DNA of 63,998 bases, the filler included, from Rhizaria sp. SCN 62-66 (taxonomy: Eukaryota), in assembly GCA_001724265.1 (NCBI GenBank). It is 4 parts of 4 records of this genome, joined end to end, with 100 filler letters (N's around TTAATTAATTAA, not from the genome) between each part and the next. Parts side by side here need not be neighbours in the genome. Positions count along the whole stretch, not along the records: positions 1 to 19,241 come from MEDY01000468.1; 3 more parts are not named here. One strand, given 5' to 3'. The translations under genes were made by a program, and so were the position numbers. The notes under the pieces were generated by a model. The model made no database searches. It was not told the origin of the DNA and worked only from the letters and a program-made list of their open reading frames with translations. Numbering within the stretch: position 1 is the first letter of the stretch; every line of letters starts with the position of its first letter. Of the stretch, positions 1 to 12,274 are shown one piece after another.

Positions 1-3000
1 AGTCCTTCTTAGCTACAGGCACATTGCTGCCAGTCGCCTTCTTCTCAACAACAACAGTCTGCTGCTGCTGTTGTTCGGGGACCTTGGCGAAGTACCGTGT
101 GAGGCCCTTGCCGACGCCGACACTGGCAATGACATCAAACGCGATGAGCGCGCAAAGTGAGAGCTGGTACTCAGTACTCGGCGACGGGACAAGCTCCATC
201 GCGAGGTTGATGTCCGGCATGACTTCGAGTGCGAGCACCGCGATGAGCCCCAGCAGACCGAAGAGCATCTTCTTCAGAGGCGCGTGCTCAGTCAGGGACT
301 GCATGAAGGGGCGTCCGCGGTAGTTGGCCAGGAAAGTGGCCACGGTCATCGCTGTGGAGACGAGCCAGACCGTCGTGTTGAGCAGGTTGGGCGCAAACTT
401 GCCTTCGGGACTCAGGGTCTCGGAGTCGGTCGGGGTGTGGGGCAGTGCCATGTTGACCGCGGTCACGAGGCTGAACAGGTGGATGCTGAACTGGAGCAGC
501 ACCGTAAGCACCATCCAGGGGGAGAAGATGCGTGCGTAGGGCCGCTCCGGGGACAGCTCCTTGACAGGCTGGGCCCAGGAGAGGGCCATGAAGATGAACG
601 CCGTGCCCATGCCGCTAATGGTCATCTGGGTCTCGCCCATCTTGATGCCCTTTAGGTACAGAGCGGACATCGAGTAGGCCGAGATGAGGCAGTTGAGCGC
701 GAGGATCTGGTACATCTGCATCGTCGTCACAAGCGTGCAGCGGCCCTAAGAAGAAGAAGAAGAAGAAGAAGACACGAATAGATAACATCGATCGAAACCA
801 TAACGTGAGTTAGTGAGTGACAGTCAAAAAATATGAGAGGAAATCCAAGAAAGTGATTTTGGTTCAAATTGGGAGCAAATATAAGATATCTTCATGTCAT
901 AGGGCCTAGTTTAGTGTAAGTGTAGCTATTTTGAGAGACCGAGACCGAGACGTACTTGGCGGATGATGTCAAGCACGCACTTGACCGACGAGTGCTTAGC
1001 CGTGAACGGCGCCGAGATCGATGCGTCGCCAAACTTGGCAGTTGTATCGGGCTCGTCCGCCGCGGTCAGCGCCGAGCCCAGGAAGCTGTGCATCTTGATC
1101 ATAGCCTCCTCCATTTTCCGTGCCTTGGCGAGCAACTCGTCGCGCTCGCGGGTGCCCTCAGGCGCCGCGGCTGCCTGGCGGCGGGTCGCGACGATGCTGT
1201 CGACGGAGCTCTTGAGCGTGGGGTTCGTTTTCGCGGTCTTGACAACGGCGGCGAACGCGCGCTGGTGCGCAGCCTCGGCGGCGGGCAGTAGCAACAGACG
1301 GCGCTCCTCGGCGGCCGCGGCCTCGGCCTCGGCGGCGGCGGCTGCGGCGGCGGAGGAAGCGTTGGACTTGAGGTCCGCCGAGAGCAGCGCGACGCCGACG
1401 TGCGCCTGCTTGAGCGCGCCGACGTCGTTGGTGCCGTCACCGCACATCAGCGTCGTCTTGCCGAGGGACTTAAGGCCGGCGACAATGCCTTCCTTCTGGT
1501 CAGGCATCGTGCGTGCGAAAATGGTCACATAGGGGAATAGAGGGGACAGAGGAGCGACGGACACGATGTCAGTCATCGCTCCACTCTCAGTCACACTGCT
1601 AGCGGCAGACGCGGCTTGATTTTGAGACGAGGCAGAGGCGGTGGCGGCGCGGGCCATGGCTTCGAGGACGGAACCCGTGACCGCGAGGTCATACTTAGTC
1701 GCGAGCGCGTCAAGGTACTTAGATCCGCGCGCGCCGAGGCGAGTAGTCGTCGCGTTAGCGGCCGAGAGAGCAGCCGTCAAGTCAAAGTCGCTAACATACG
1801 TGCCGTCGAGCGAAGTGAGGACAAAGCCGGTGAGTGCGGAGCTCTTGGCGGCAGCGGAGGACAAGGACGACGCCTTCTCTAACAGCAGCACCGGCTTGAC
1901 ACCGCCGTCATGACTAGCATTCGCGCTAGAGCCATCGTCGTCATCGTCATCATCGTCATCCGCAGTGTTGTTGTCGCCGTTCTTCGCGTTGTTCTGAACC
2001 ATGCCCAGCTCCTTGGCTACGTGCACCGCCGTCAACACGTGGTCGCCGGTGATCATCACACACTGATGAGAGCTCTGCTTCAGCGTTTCGATCACCGCCT
2101 TCGAGTCGCGCTTGAGGGGGGTGCGGAGGACGAGGAAGCCGGCGAAAATTAAGCCACCCTCGACTGTGGCACGAGGCGGAGGATGGAAGGGGGACAGCGA
2201 CGGCGAAACATGCGACTGAACAGCAGCAACATCGTCGCTGTGGTCCCGAGTGTTGCTGTTGCTGGTGTTGGAGGGCAAGTCAAAGCACCAACCAGCAGCA
2301 GTCTTGGCCGTCTTGCCACTCCTGCCGCTGGACGAGGCCTTGCTATAGACGACGTCGCGGTAGCCGAGCGCAAGCACGCGGCAGCCCTTGAGCGCCCAGT
2401 ACTGGCAGTACTTGCCGTACGTCGCTGCGTCGGGTGCGGAGCCCGGCGCGAAGAGCGGCAGCAGCGTCTCCGGCGCGCCCTTGCACAACACGCGCACAAC
2501 GGGCGTCTCGGCCGGAGTCGCCGCGGACCGGCCGGTGGCGTCGCCGGGGGCCGTGGTGGCCGTCGAGTGCTCGAGCGCGATGAGCACACTCATACGCTTG
2601 AGGTTGCTGGAGAAGGGGTACCGGTGCAGCACGCGCGCGCGCAGACCGCCGCCGGCGTGCCGCACGGTCACGCCGTCGCTGGCGCCGTCTAAGGGGGTAC
2701 TTAGACCGCGCGCGGCGCCGCGGGGAGGGTTGCCGTTGGGGAGCGAGACAGAGGCACAGGCGTTGTCGGCGCTGTCAGAGAGGCCGAGACGGGCGTTCGA
2801 GGGGCCAATCAACACGTCGACATGCGGCTTAGCTTTGAGAGAGCTGGCCGTCGAGGCGGCGGCGGCAGAGGTCGCAGCGGGGGTGTTGAAATCAAGCCGC
2901 ATGTTGGAGAAGTCAAGTCGCGCAGCCTGCATTGCGACCTTCTCCATGGGATCACCGACAACTTCCCACTCAGCGTTAGAGTTGGCGTTAGAGTCACTGT

Positions 3001-6000
3001 TGTTGTTATTGTTATGCGCAGTCGCAGTCTGGCTCGCGTCAGATGCAGTGGCGGTTGCAGCGGCCTTCTTGGTGGCAGCGGGAGCCGGGACGCGCATCAG
3101 AGAGTGGCAGGCACCGAGCACGAGGCGGACGTCATCGCTCAGTTGATCGGGAGTCAGCAGCGCAGCCTTGGCCATGCTGCCGGTCACCTTGGCGCCACTA
3201 GCGCCGCTTGAAGCAGCAGCAGCGACGCCGGAGATGCCGACGACGACGAACTCGTCTTCGGTCAGGGTACCGGTCTTATCGAAGCAGCAGACGTCGACGC
3301 CGCCGGCGTCCGGGATGCGGAAAGGCTCAGTACAGTAGACCTTCTCTTTGACGAGCGCGGCGAGCGAATAGTTGACTGCGAGGGACAGCTGCATCGGGAG
3401 CTCGGGCGGCACGACAGAGGTGAGGATGGTGATGACGTTGAGCATGAGCTTGTAGCGCGACCGATTGGGGTCGTTAAGCCCCGCATCAAGGACGTAGTAC
3501 GCGCTGACACAGGCGCAGATGAGCAGGACGCCGATGAACGCGAGCGCTTCGGGCGACGATGACGATGATGAGGACGAGGAAGACGCGATGATCGTGCGCA
3601 ACAGAGAGCCCTGAGTGGTGGTAAAGCCTGTGCGGACAGCGACTGCGGGCAGACCCGAGTCGGGGGGTGGCGGCGGTAGCGACAGCAGCTCACTGGTGTT
3701 CACGGTGAGAGAGCTCTCAGCGTTGTTATTAGAGTTAGTGATGTAGGGTGAGTTGAGTTCGTTGTACTCGCCGTCAGTGACCATCAGCACCTTCGTTCCG
3801 GCAAACAACGCATGCCGGCGGTGGCGCGTCGCTAAGTCAAGACTTACACTGGCTCCGGCTGCAGCAGCAGCGGCGCCGCCGGCCGAAAGCGCGTTCATCA
3901 TATCACTCACGTCGTCCGCGTCCCAGAGCCCGTCCTTGACTTGCGGCAGGGATTCACCGGTCAGGATGGCCTCGTTGACGACCGCGCTTCCGTGGAGCAG
4001 CACGGCGTCGCAAGGCACCACGTGCTCTAAGGGGGTACTTACATCGGCCGCGGAGTCGGCGGCGGAGGCCGACGCGCTGGGAAGCGTTTGCGCAGGGTTG
4101 AACACGTACGGGGGAGCGGTGCGCAACGTGGGGATGGAGATGATGTCGCCGGGCACGATATCGTCGCCGGCGATGGCCACCCAGGCGCCGTCGCGGTAGC
4201 TCCATACTGAGGGGACGGGGGGCCGCGTGGTGAGCAAGTCGCCGGTCTGCGAGATGCGGCGGAAGATAACCATGGACTCGAACAGCACGAGCATGAACAG
4301 CGTGAAGAGAGAGTAGTACCAGTACTCGTCGAGACACCAGAGCGCGATGCAAAACATCTGGAAGACGAAGAAGGGCGCCATGGCGTGCTGCACGAGCAGC
4401 TCGAAAAAAGACGGGGGCTGCATCGGGATGGAGTTGGCGCCGTAGCGAGTCAGGGTAAGGGGCAGCGAGCGCTTAGACGCGGCGCTGAGGGCGTGGGGCG
4501 CGGCTAAGTAAGCGGCTAGGGGGCCAGACTCCGGCATCACGACAGGGAGGAATGCACTCGAGAAACTGATGTTGTTGTTCGCAATGCGAGCACTGCTGCT
4601 GCTGTTGTTGTTGGTCGTTGCAGTTGTCAGCAGAGGGTCGGTGGTCTTGAGAGACAAAGACCAGTAGTACTTCTTGTGCGTATGCGTGACAATAAGCGCA
4701 GGCACATCGTCCGCGTCTAAGGGGGTACTTAGATCGCAAGAGCTGCGGTCCTTGCTCTCCTTGACAGCGGCACTGAGACGATTCCACTCCTTCGTGAGGG
4801 CCGTCTTCTCGGTATCAGTGACCTTGGCAGCCTGCTCAAGCATTTGGTCCGGAGTCAGCATCCGCGGCGGCTTAACTTCAGCACTGGTACTCACACTCGA
4901 GGAACCGGAGGAACCCGCGGCGACAACGGCAGTGTTGTTGTTGTTGTTATCCGTGTTGTTCTTGTTATTGGCGATCGCGGCGGCGGTGTCAGCCGCGGAC
5001 TGGGTGAGCGACTCGTAGACGAGCTTCTCCATTGACTCGGGTCCCTGTTTCAGCAAAGATATAAAAAAGAAGATAATTGGCACTTAATGTGAGTCGAACG
5101 AGATGAAATTGAATCTTAAGAGACTGACACATGTGAAACATAGGCATACATTAAATTTGCGTTCATTGTGCGCAATTGGGCAAAAATGTGTTGTGTTAAT
5201 GAAGTGCAGAACATGATATCACATACCTGGTGCTCATGCGGCTTGATATAGATGTACACGGGGAGGGGCGCGTCACTGGCCAGGCCAAGCGACCACTGGA
5301 TCCATCCAACCACGCCGTCATACTTGCCCACCACGGCGGAGATCGCCTCCATCGAGCTCGGCGGGGCGCGCGCCAGCTGCGCGAGGGCCCGCTGCGAGTG
5401 CAGGAGAAACGGCGTGACCGGCAGCGGCGGCGGCAGCGGCCGATCCGGCAGAGCCAGCGGCGCGGGCGGCTTCGGGGCGGGGCGGGCGCCGAGCTGCTGG
5501 GGGGTCATTTGGGCACGCGCGGCAGTCTCGACCTCGAACTTCTTCGTCAGGGTCTCGTGAACCTAGTTTGCGTTCGGGAATAGAAAGTGAGTCACTGTGA
5601 GAGTTTTAAGATGCAAAGAAATGACTCAAAGAAAAAAGAAATTGGAATATACACTACCTAACCCAAAATATTAGAACACATTTCCGAAATCCATGGAGTC
5701 AAATAATCTGTTTTGTTTGTTTGCGACATGTGTGACGAACCTTGACGCGCATCTGACAAGTGGCTTCCCACTTCTTCAGCCGCAGCATGTAAATATACAG
5801 TGCCCAAGTCTCGTGCGAGAACAGCGCATGCGTGCGGGCGTAGAGGTACGCGGCGCGGGCCTCCGCGGCGGAGACCGTCGCACCGTTGTTGGTGCTGTCA
5901 CCGCTACGCTGCACAGTGCCAGTCTTCGGGGTGGTGGCCGCAGCAGCCGCAGCGCTGGGGGCGTTGCTGTTGTTGTTGTTGTTGGTGAAGATGCTCCCAA

Positions 6001-6535
6001 AGAGGCTGTGCTCGTCGCCAGCAACACCGTTGTGGCCGTTGTTGCCATCGCTGCTGAGAGCCAAGAACGCGCTCGGGCGCGTCGTTTGCGCAATAAGCGC
6101 GGCTGAGACGGGCGCCGCCAGCGTGGACGCGGCGTCGGCAGGCGCAGTGGCGGACCCGCCGATGACCTTGAACGCAATGCGGAGGCGCGTGGGGTAGGAC
6201 CAGTACATGGTGAGCAGCAGAACGCCGTGGAGGAAGACGATCGCGGGGATCGCGATGAGGGCAAAGAGCGACGCGTTGCCGTCGGTGACGACGGAGGCAG
6301 TGATCGCGGCGGCGTAGAGAGCGAGGAACGGAGTCGTGTCGAGACGGAGGAAAAATGGACGAGGAACGGCGAGGGCGACGCGCTCAACGGTCTTGTCAAC
6401 GATCAGGCAATTGCCGCCGCTGCCGGCTGCACCGGTGTTGCTGTTGCTCCTGATGTTCGTGTTGTCATTGCTGCTCCTGTCGCTGCTGTCGCTGCTGCCA
6501 CTGGCGCGAGCTGCTGCGGAGAGAGAGGATGACAT
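1..6535 (-). CDS. ATP13A1: P5A-type ATPase (ATP13A1/Spf1 family), spliced, 3' end runs off the window
   Basis: Exons 6535-5741, 5562-5227, 5044-956 and 745-<1 join in frame with GT-AG boundaries. Motifs: APFFVFQ, CLDEYWYYSLFTL, TGES, PPELP, DKTGTLT, TGD, GDGTNDVGALKQA, IIRQ|GRCTLVTT. Confidence 0.95.
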
Positions 6536-7441
6536 TGTGGGAGCGGCAACGCGCGCGGATAGGAATCAAATGCGGGTGCCTAATGCAGAGGTGGGGATTA
6601 CGTTGGTTTCCAGAGAAAGCTGTGACTGCGCAGTCGGGGTGAAAGAGAATAGGGGGGGAAGGCCGAAGTGTGATGATTCAGTGGTCAGAATCGGAGGCGA
6701 TGTCGCGTGGTATATGAGAAGCGCGGAACATCTAATTATAGTCATAGATAGATATACACACGTTCCGCCATGCTTTCGCGCGATGTTTGAAATGGATGGA
6801 CGTGTTGCGACGAATGTGCAGAAGTTCTAACTGCGCCAGATGACGTTGGTGGGTCGAAGCTGACCGTCAGCCCACAGTCACCAACTGGCACCAAAACTCG
6901 TTTGTGGCCAGAATTTTCTCAGAATACATCACAAGCTTAACAGACGCCAAACGTGTCAAATACGAGATATGCAACGTGATTTATAGTCGAATGTATTGGA
7001 GCATGCTTATTAACTGCACAGATATCCACACAGTATCAATATCCCCTCTTTTTAGTATGGCTAGTTGACTTAAACAAGTGTTTGGCAGGATACAAATCGG
7101 TCCTAACATGTGCAGAATATGTATTTAACGTGGATTTGACAAAGTCCGCATATTTTTTAACGTCCATACCGATTTTATGACGTCAGCGATTAATTACGTT
7201 TCTGACTAACACATGCCTCGGCCGAATGCGAATGGGGGATGTTCTCATGAAGGCCTTGATGCGAGGCTTACTTATACGAGCGCAAGATCGACATGGATAT
7301 CATGCAAAAAACGCTTGTATTGATATCGAAGACATGTCTTCAATTTACTTTCAACTCATTTTACAATATCAGTGCGTTTTTGTCGCAGCTTGTTCTGCGA
7401 CTCAATAGGCATATTCACAAGGCATCAAAATCCGGGCACGG

Positions 7442-10400
7442 TTACACTACGCGTGCCCTCTTCACAGTCCCGTGATAATTGCCGCCGTGACCGTTTACAC
7501 CACTGTTCTCACTCTCACCATCACCATCAGCGTCGTCATTGTCGATATTGTTACTCTTACGGTTGTTGTAAATGTTATTGTTATTGTTCATGATAGCGTC
7601 ATCTTCAGCAGACGCAATGGCTCGGAGACCGACCTTGCCCCGGCCGTGCGCGCCGCCACTTGCACCCGCAGCGCTGGAGCTCAAGTTGGAGCCAGTGCCC
7701 CCGTTAGGAGCAGTCGTGTTGTCAGCGTTCGTGTTGATACTGTTGTTGTGGTGCTTGACGGAAGGACTGCCGAACAGCACGCGCATGCCGCCCAGTCCAC
7801 CGCCAGTCTTGTCCGCGCTCGCACCGACACTTGCAGTCGCATTTGCACGTGCACTGGCCCCGACAATAGCGCTATCACGGCTAGTACTGGCGAGAAGCCG
7901 CAAGCCACTGAAGCCACCGAGTCCAGTATGGCCGCCGCTGCCGCCGTAGCTATGGTTTGCGCTGTTGTCACTGTTGTTGTTGCTGCGAGAAAAGGCCGTG
8001 CCCGTCTTGGGAGTGCGGAGCTTGTTCAAGTCCAGCATAGTCTTCTCACGCACACTCATCCCAGAAGTGCTGACACCCGTCGCAGAAGTACTCGCAGCGA
8101 CGGCAGGCAGGCCAGCGCTACTTGCGATACTTCCTGAAGCGCCGCCCGATGAGCTGCCTTCAATGCCAGCAGCAGCAGGGCTCGGGGCAGCGCTGCTGGT
8201 ACGGCGGGCCGTGTTGGCCGTGTTCGAGCCTTTGTCGCTGCCTGCGTGCGATACGTGTGGCGCCGTTGCGGTCGCAGCTGTGCGGCCGTGGCGCGGCGGC
8301 GGCGAGAATTCGAGAGTGCGCGTGGCCGACGAGGGAACATGTGACTGTACGCGCGTCTGTGCGTGCGACTTAAGCTGCGATGGGGGCTGCAAAGCCAGGG
8401 ACGGCGACGGCTGCTGCATGTGATGCTGTTGCTGTTGTTGCTGTTGCACTTGTTCTGTGCTCACCTTCGGCGCGCTGAGACTCAGAGTAGAAGTACTTAC
8501 ACCACGACCAGGGGTACTTGAAGCGAGCCCAGCATCACTGACACTCGCACTTGGACTCGAACCTGCAGCTACACGGCTAGACTGTTTGACACCAGGGCTT
8601 GTGATGTCAGTTTTGTTGCTGCTGCTGTTGTTATTGTTGTCATTAACAACAGTCTTGCTGTGCGTTTTGCCAGAGGTCTCCATGGGGCTAGTCAAAGTGG
8701 TTGTGCTCGCAGTTGGCGCGCCGTTACTGTTAGTAGCGGTGCTGTTAGCCTTGACACTTGCGTCGCTGGTCGCATTGTTGCTACGAGAGTCACCGTCGCT
8801 CCAGTGTGAGTCAGCAGCAACACTTACCCCGTCGTCTAAGTACTCGCTGCTGCCGCTCACACTGCTGCTGGGCGCATCATAGTGTCTACTCACACTTGCC
8901 TCCAAGGAAAAGGTACTTACGTTCACAGCGCTTGCTCCACTTAGATCTTTGTCGTTGGCCTTGTCTAAGTACCCCCTCACACTCTGTCCCGCAGCAGCTG
9001 CCGCAGCTGCGGACTCGACTGCAGCCGGCGGTTCTAATGCTGTCGACGCCAATGCAGCTGCGAGCTTCTTCCCCAGCGCGCCCCGCGCGGCCTCGGCCCG
9101 CTCGAGCGACCGCAGCAGAGTCGCCACCCGCGCCGCCGCGGCCTCGGCGCCCCGGCGCTCACGGTCTCCCGCCGCCGCGGCCTCGGTCCGCGCCGCCGCC
9201 CAGCCGGCCTCGGCCGCCGCGGCCCGGGTCGCCGCTTCAGTAACGCGGCCCTCGGCGGCCGTGAGCTGCGCCTGTGTCGCGGTGAGCTGTCCCTGCGTGA
9301 TCGTAAGGCGGGACTGCGCGGCGGCGAGCGCGGCGCTAAGCGAGTCGTACTCGAGCTCGGCGGCCCTGAACTGTGCCACCAGTGCGCCGCGCTCGGATTC
9401 CCACTCAGACTGGGCGCGCGCGAGGGTACTTGCGTCGCGGCTGAGTAGCAGGGCACGGACAGTGGAGCTCAGGGTACGCGTGATGGTCGAGGACGCAGTG
9501 CGCAACTCATGGGTTACCTCGCCCTTAAGTACGCTGGCCTCGGTCCGCAGCGACGCGGCCTGACTTACCAGCGCGGCGGCTTGACTTTGGACGCGCGCCA
9601 CCGCAGCGAGAGCCTGCTGCTGCTGCTCCTCAGCCTCAGTTTGCGCACTAAGAGCAGAGTCACGCTCGCGAGCCCACTGTGCGCACTTTTTCTCAGCCTC
9701 AGCAGCGGCTGTTGCCGCAGCAGTCTCAACCGCAGCTAGCTCCTGTGTCCTGGCCTCAAGTTCGCCGCTCACAGTTAAGAACTCACTGCGTACAACAGCT
9801 AACTTGTTCTCAGCCACAGCAGCCTTGGTCTCATATGCTGGCAAGTCAACATCACGGGCGGTGCTAAGCTCGACCTTTAGACGAGCGATGACAGCGTTTG
9901 CACTGTCGACCTCGGCAGCCGCAGCGGCAACAGCGGCGGCCTCAGTGGCCTTGGCGGCAGCGGCCTCGGCGGCGGCGTCGGCGCGCGCGGCCGCCGTCGC
10001 AGTAGCGGCGGCCTCGGCAGCCACAGCCCGGGCCGTCGCCGCCGCCGCGGCCGCATGCGCCTGCTCACGGTCACTGTTGGCCACCGCAATCGCGGCCTCA
10101 GCGTCCTGCCTCGCGGCGTTGGCCGCCGCGGCTTCGGTCTTGGCGGCAGCCGTAGCGGCGGCGGCGGAGGCCGCGGCAGCGTGAGCGGAAGTTGCGTCTG
10201 CAGCCGAAGCTGCGGCGGCCGCGGTGGCAGCGGCGGCTGTGGCAGCGGCGGCTGTGGCGGCAGCGAGTGCGCTGTCGCGGTCGCGCTCGGCCGCGGCGGC
10301 GGCGCTGTTAGCAGAGGCAATGCGGGCGCTGGCGTTGGTTACAACGGCGGTCAGCCGGTCCTTGGTGACTGTGAGCAGAGCGGATTTGAAACTCTCCATC

Positions 10401-11276
10401 TCGGCACTTACATGCTCTCTAAGTATGCGTACAAGTACAATATTAAACATGGCATCGTGAGTGTCAATATTCAAAGTGCAAACATTTGAACAGAGTTAAA
10501 AAAGAAATACAGCATCATATTTGAGATTCAAACTAGATAGATATTATATGATGACGGACTTGCTTGCGCTGAGATCGCTCTTGAGTGTCTGTAGCTGAAC
10601 CATAAACGTGCTCGCAACTGCACTGGTCCTTTTGCGCGCAGACTCCGCCGCCGCCTCCGCCACCGCCTGCGCGGCCGCAGCGGCATCACTCTGACGCGCG
10701 CTCGCCTGTGCCTCGGCCTTCGCGACAGCAGTCTCAGCGCGCGCCTCTGCGGCTTGACTTTCCGCCCTGGCGGCCTGACTTTCCGCGCGCGCGGCCTGAC
10801 CTTCGGCCTCCGCCGCGCGCCCCTCCGCCGCAGCGGCCCGCGCGCCGGCCTCCGCCGCGCTCCCTTCAGCCGCAGCGGCGCGCTCGGCGGCAGCCTGCGC
10901 CTCTGCGGCCGCGGCCGATAGGGCCTGGGTGGAGTAACGGCTGGCTGCGGTCACAGCAGCGAGGGCTTCGCCCCACTTGGCGCTATGGGTCAAGGCTCCG
11001 GGGCTGATGGCAGCAAAGCCAGAGCGAGTGGCACCGCCACCGCTGCCGCTATGCGCGCTAGTTGTGTAATTTTGAGCAGGGTACTGGTATTGCGGCTGCT
11101 CTCGGAGTGGCGGCTGTTGCAGTGGCTGCTGTTGCTGCTGCTCTTGCTGATGCGGTTGCTGTTGCTGTTGTTGTTGCTGATGTTGTCGCTGATGCCGCTG
11201 GTATGGCTGCTGCTGCCACAAACTGTAGCCGTTAGCGTTGCTCCCGCTGTAACTGTGACTATTTGCACTGCTGCTG

Positions 11277-11310
<34 letters not shown>

Positions 11311-12239
11311 GTGAAAACAGGTAACCGTCACGTTCCTCGTTGCTACCAGCTGCGTTGTCGTCAGCACAAGCAGAGCCACCACCAGCACTTGCACTTGAGC
11401 TATGTCCGTCACCAGCGCTGTTGTTTGCGTTGTTGGTGGCGTTGTGGGCATCAGAGAGAGCGGAGCGGAAATAGCTGTTGCCGTACCCATAGCGGTGGCC
11501 GCCCTGATTGGGACTCTTGAGAGCGCCACGACTCGCGTCACTGCTGTTCTGCTGTTGGCCATCATGCGCGACGAGAACAATGCCACTTTCACGGTCACCA
11601 CTGTACGCAGTGCGCGCGCTGGCGTTTTCAGCGGACGCGTGACGGCTGGCATTGCGGCTGTCGTCAGGTTGACGATCGGTGACGTTGTTGTTGTGAGCTG
11701 GAAGACCCGATTGTGAGAACGATTGAGGCGGCTGCCAGGGACGAAACACACTTCCACCAGATGCACTGACACGCGCAGCACTTAGACCATCGTCAGTACT
11801 TGCATGAGAGCACGAACTGGTAAACTGGACAGCGTTGCTGTCTGCATAGCGACTGTAACCGTTGCTGTCACAGTCGCCCATGTTAGTGTTAGCGCTGGCG
11901 TTCGTGTTTGTGTCCATATTAGTTCCTGCGTTTGCATTGACATCAGTCGCATCAACGTGAAAGTCAATGCCCGTGTTTGTGTGAGCCATAGAAGTGATCC
12001 GCGTCCCTGGTGCTATCGGAGACAGAAATGACAGCACACGACGAGCTGACGGTGACGCCACCGCAGTGGTCACGGTCCCTGTCGTAGCGGCCACAAAGCC
12101 GATGCCGGGGACTTGACTGTGACCGCGGCTGTAGCCGCAACTGAGGGTGCGATCGCCGTCGCCGTGAGTCAGAGTCAGCGGCATCGGCAGCGGTGCCGAT
12201 GAGCGCATCCGAGCCTGCATCTGGGACTGCAGCTGTGTT

Positions 12240-12274
<35 letters not shown>

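Noticed and set aside
4028..4042. Minus-strand GTAAGTACCCCCTTAG looks like a 16-nt microintron
   Set aside because: Removing it would frameshift the conserved ATPase; treated instead as a copy of the palindromic motif.
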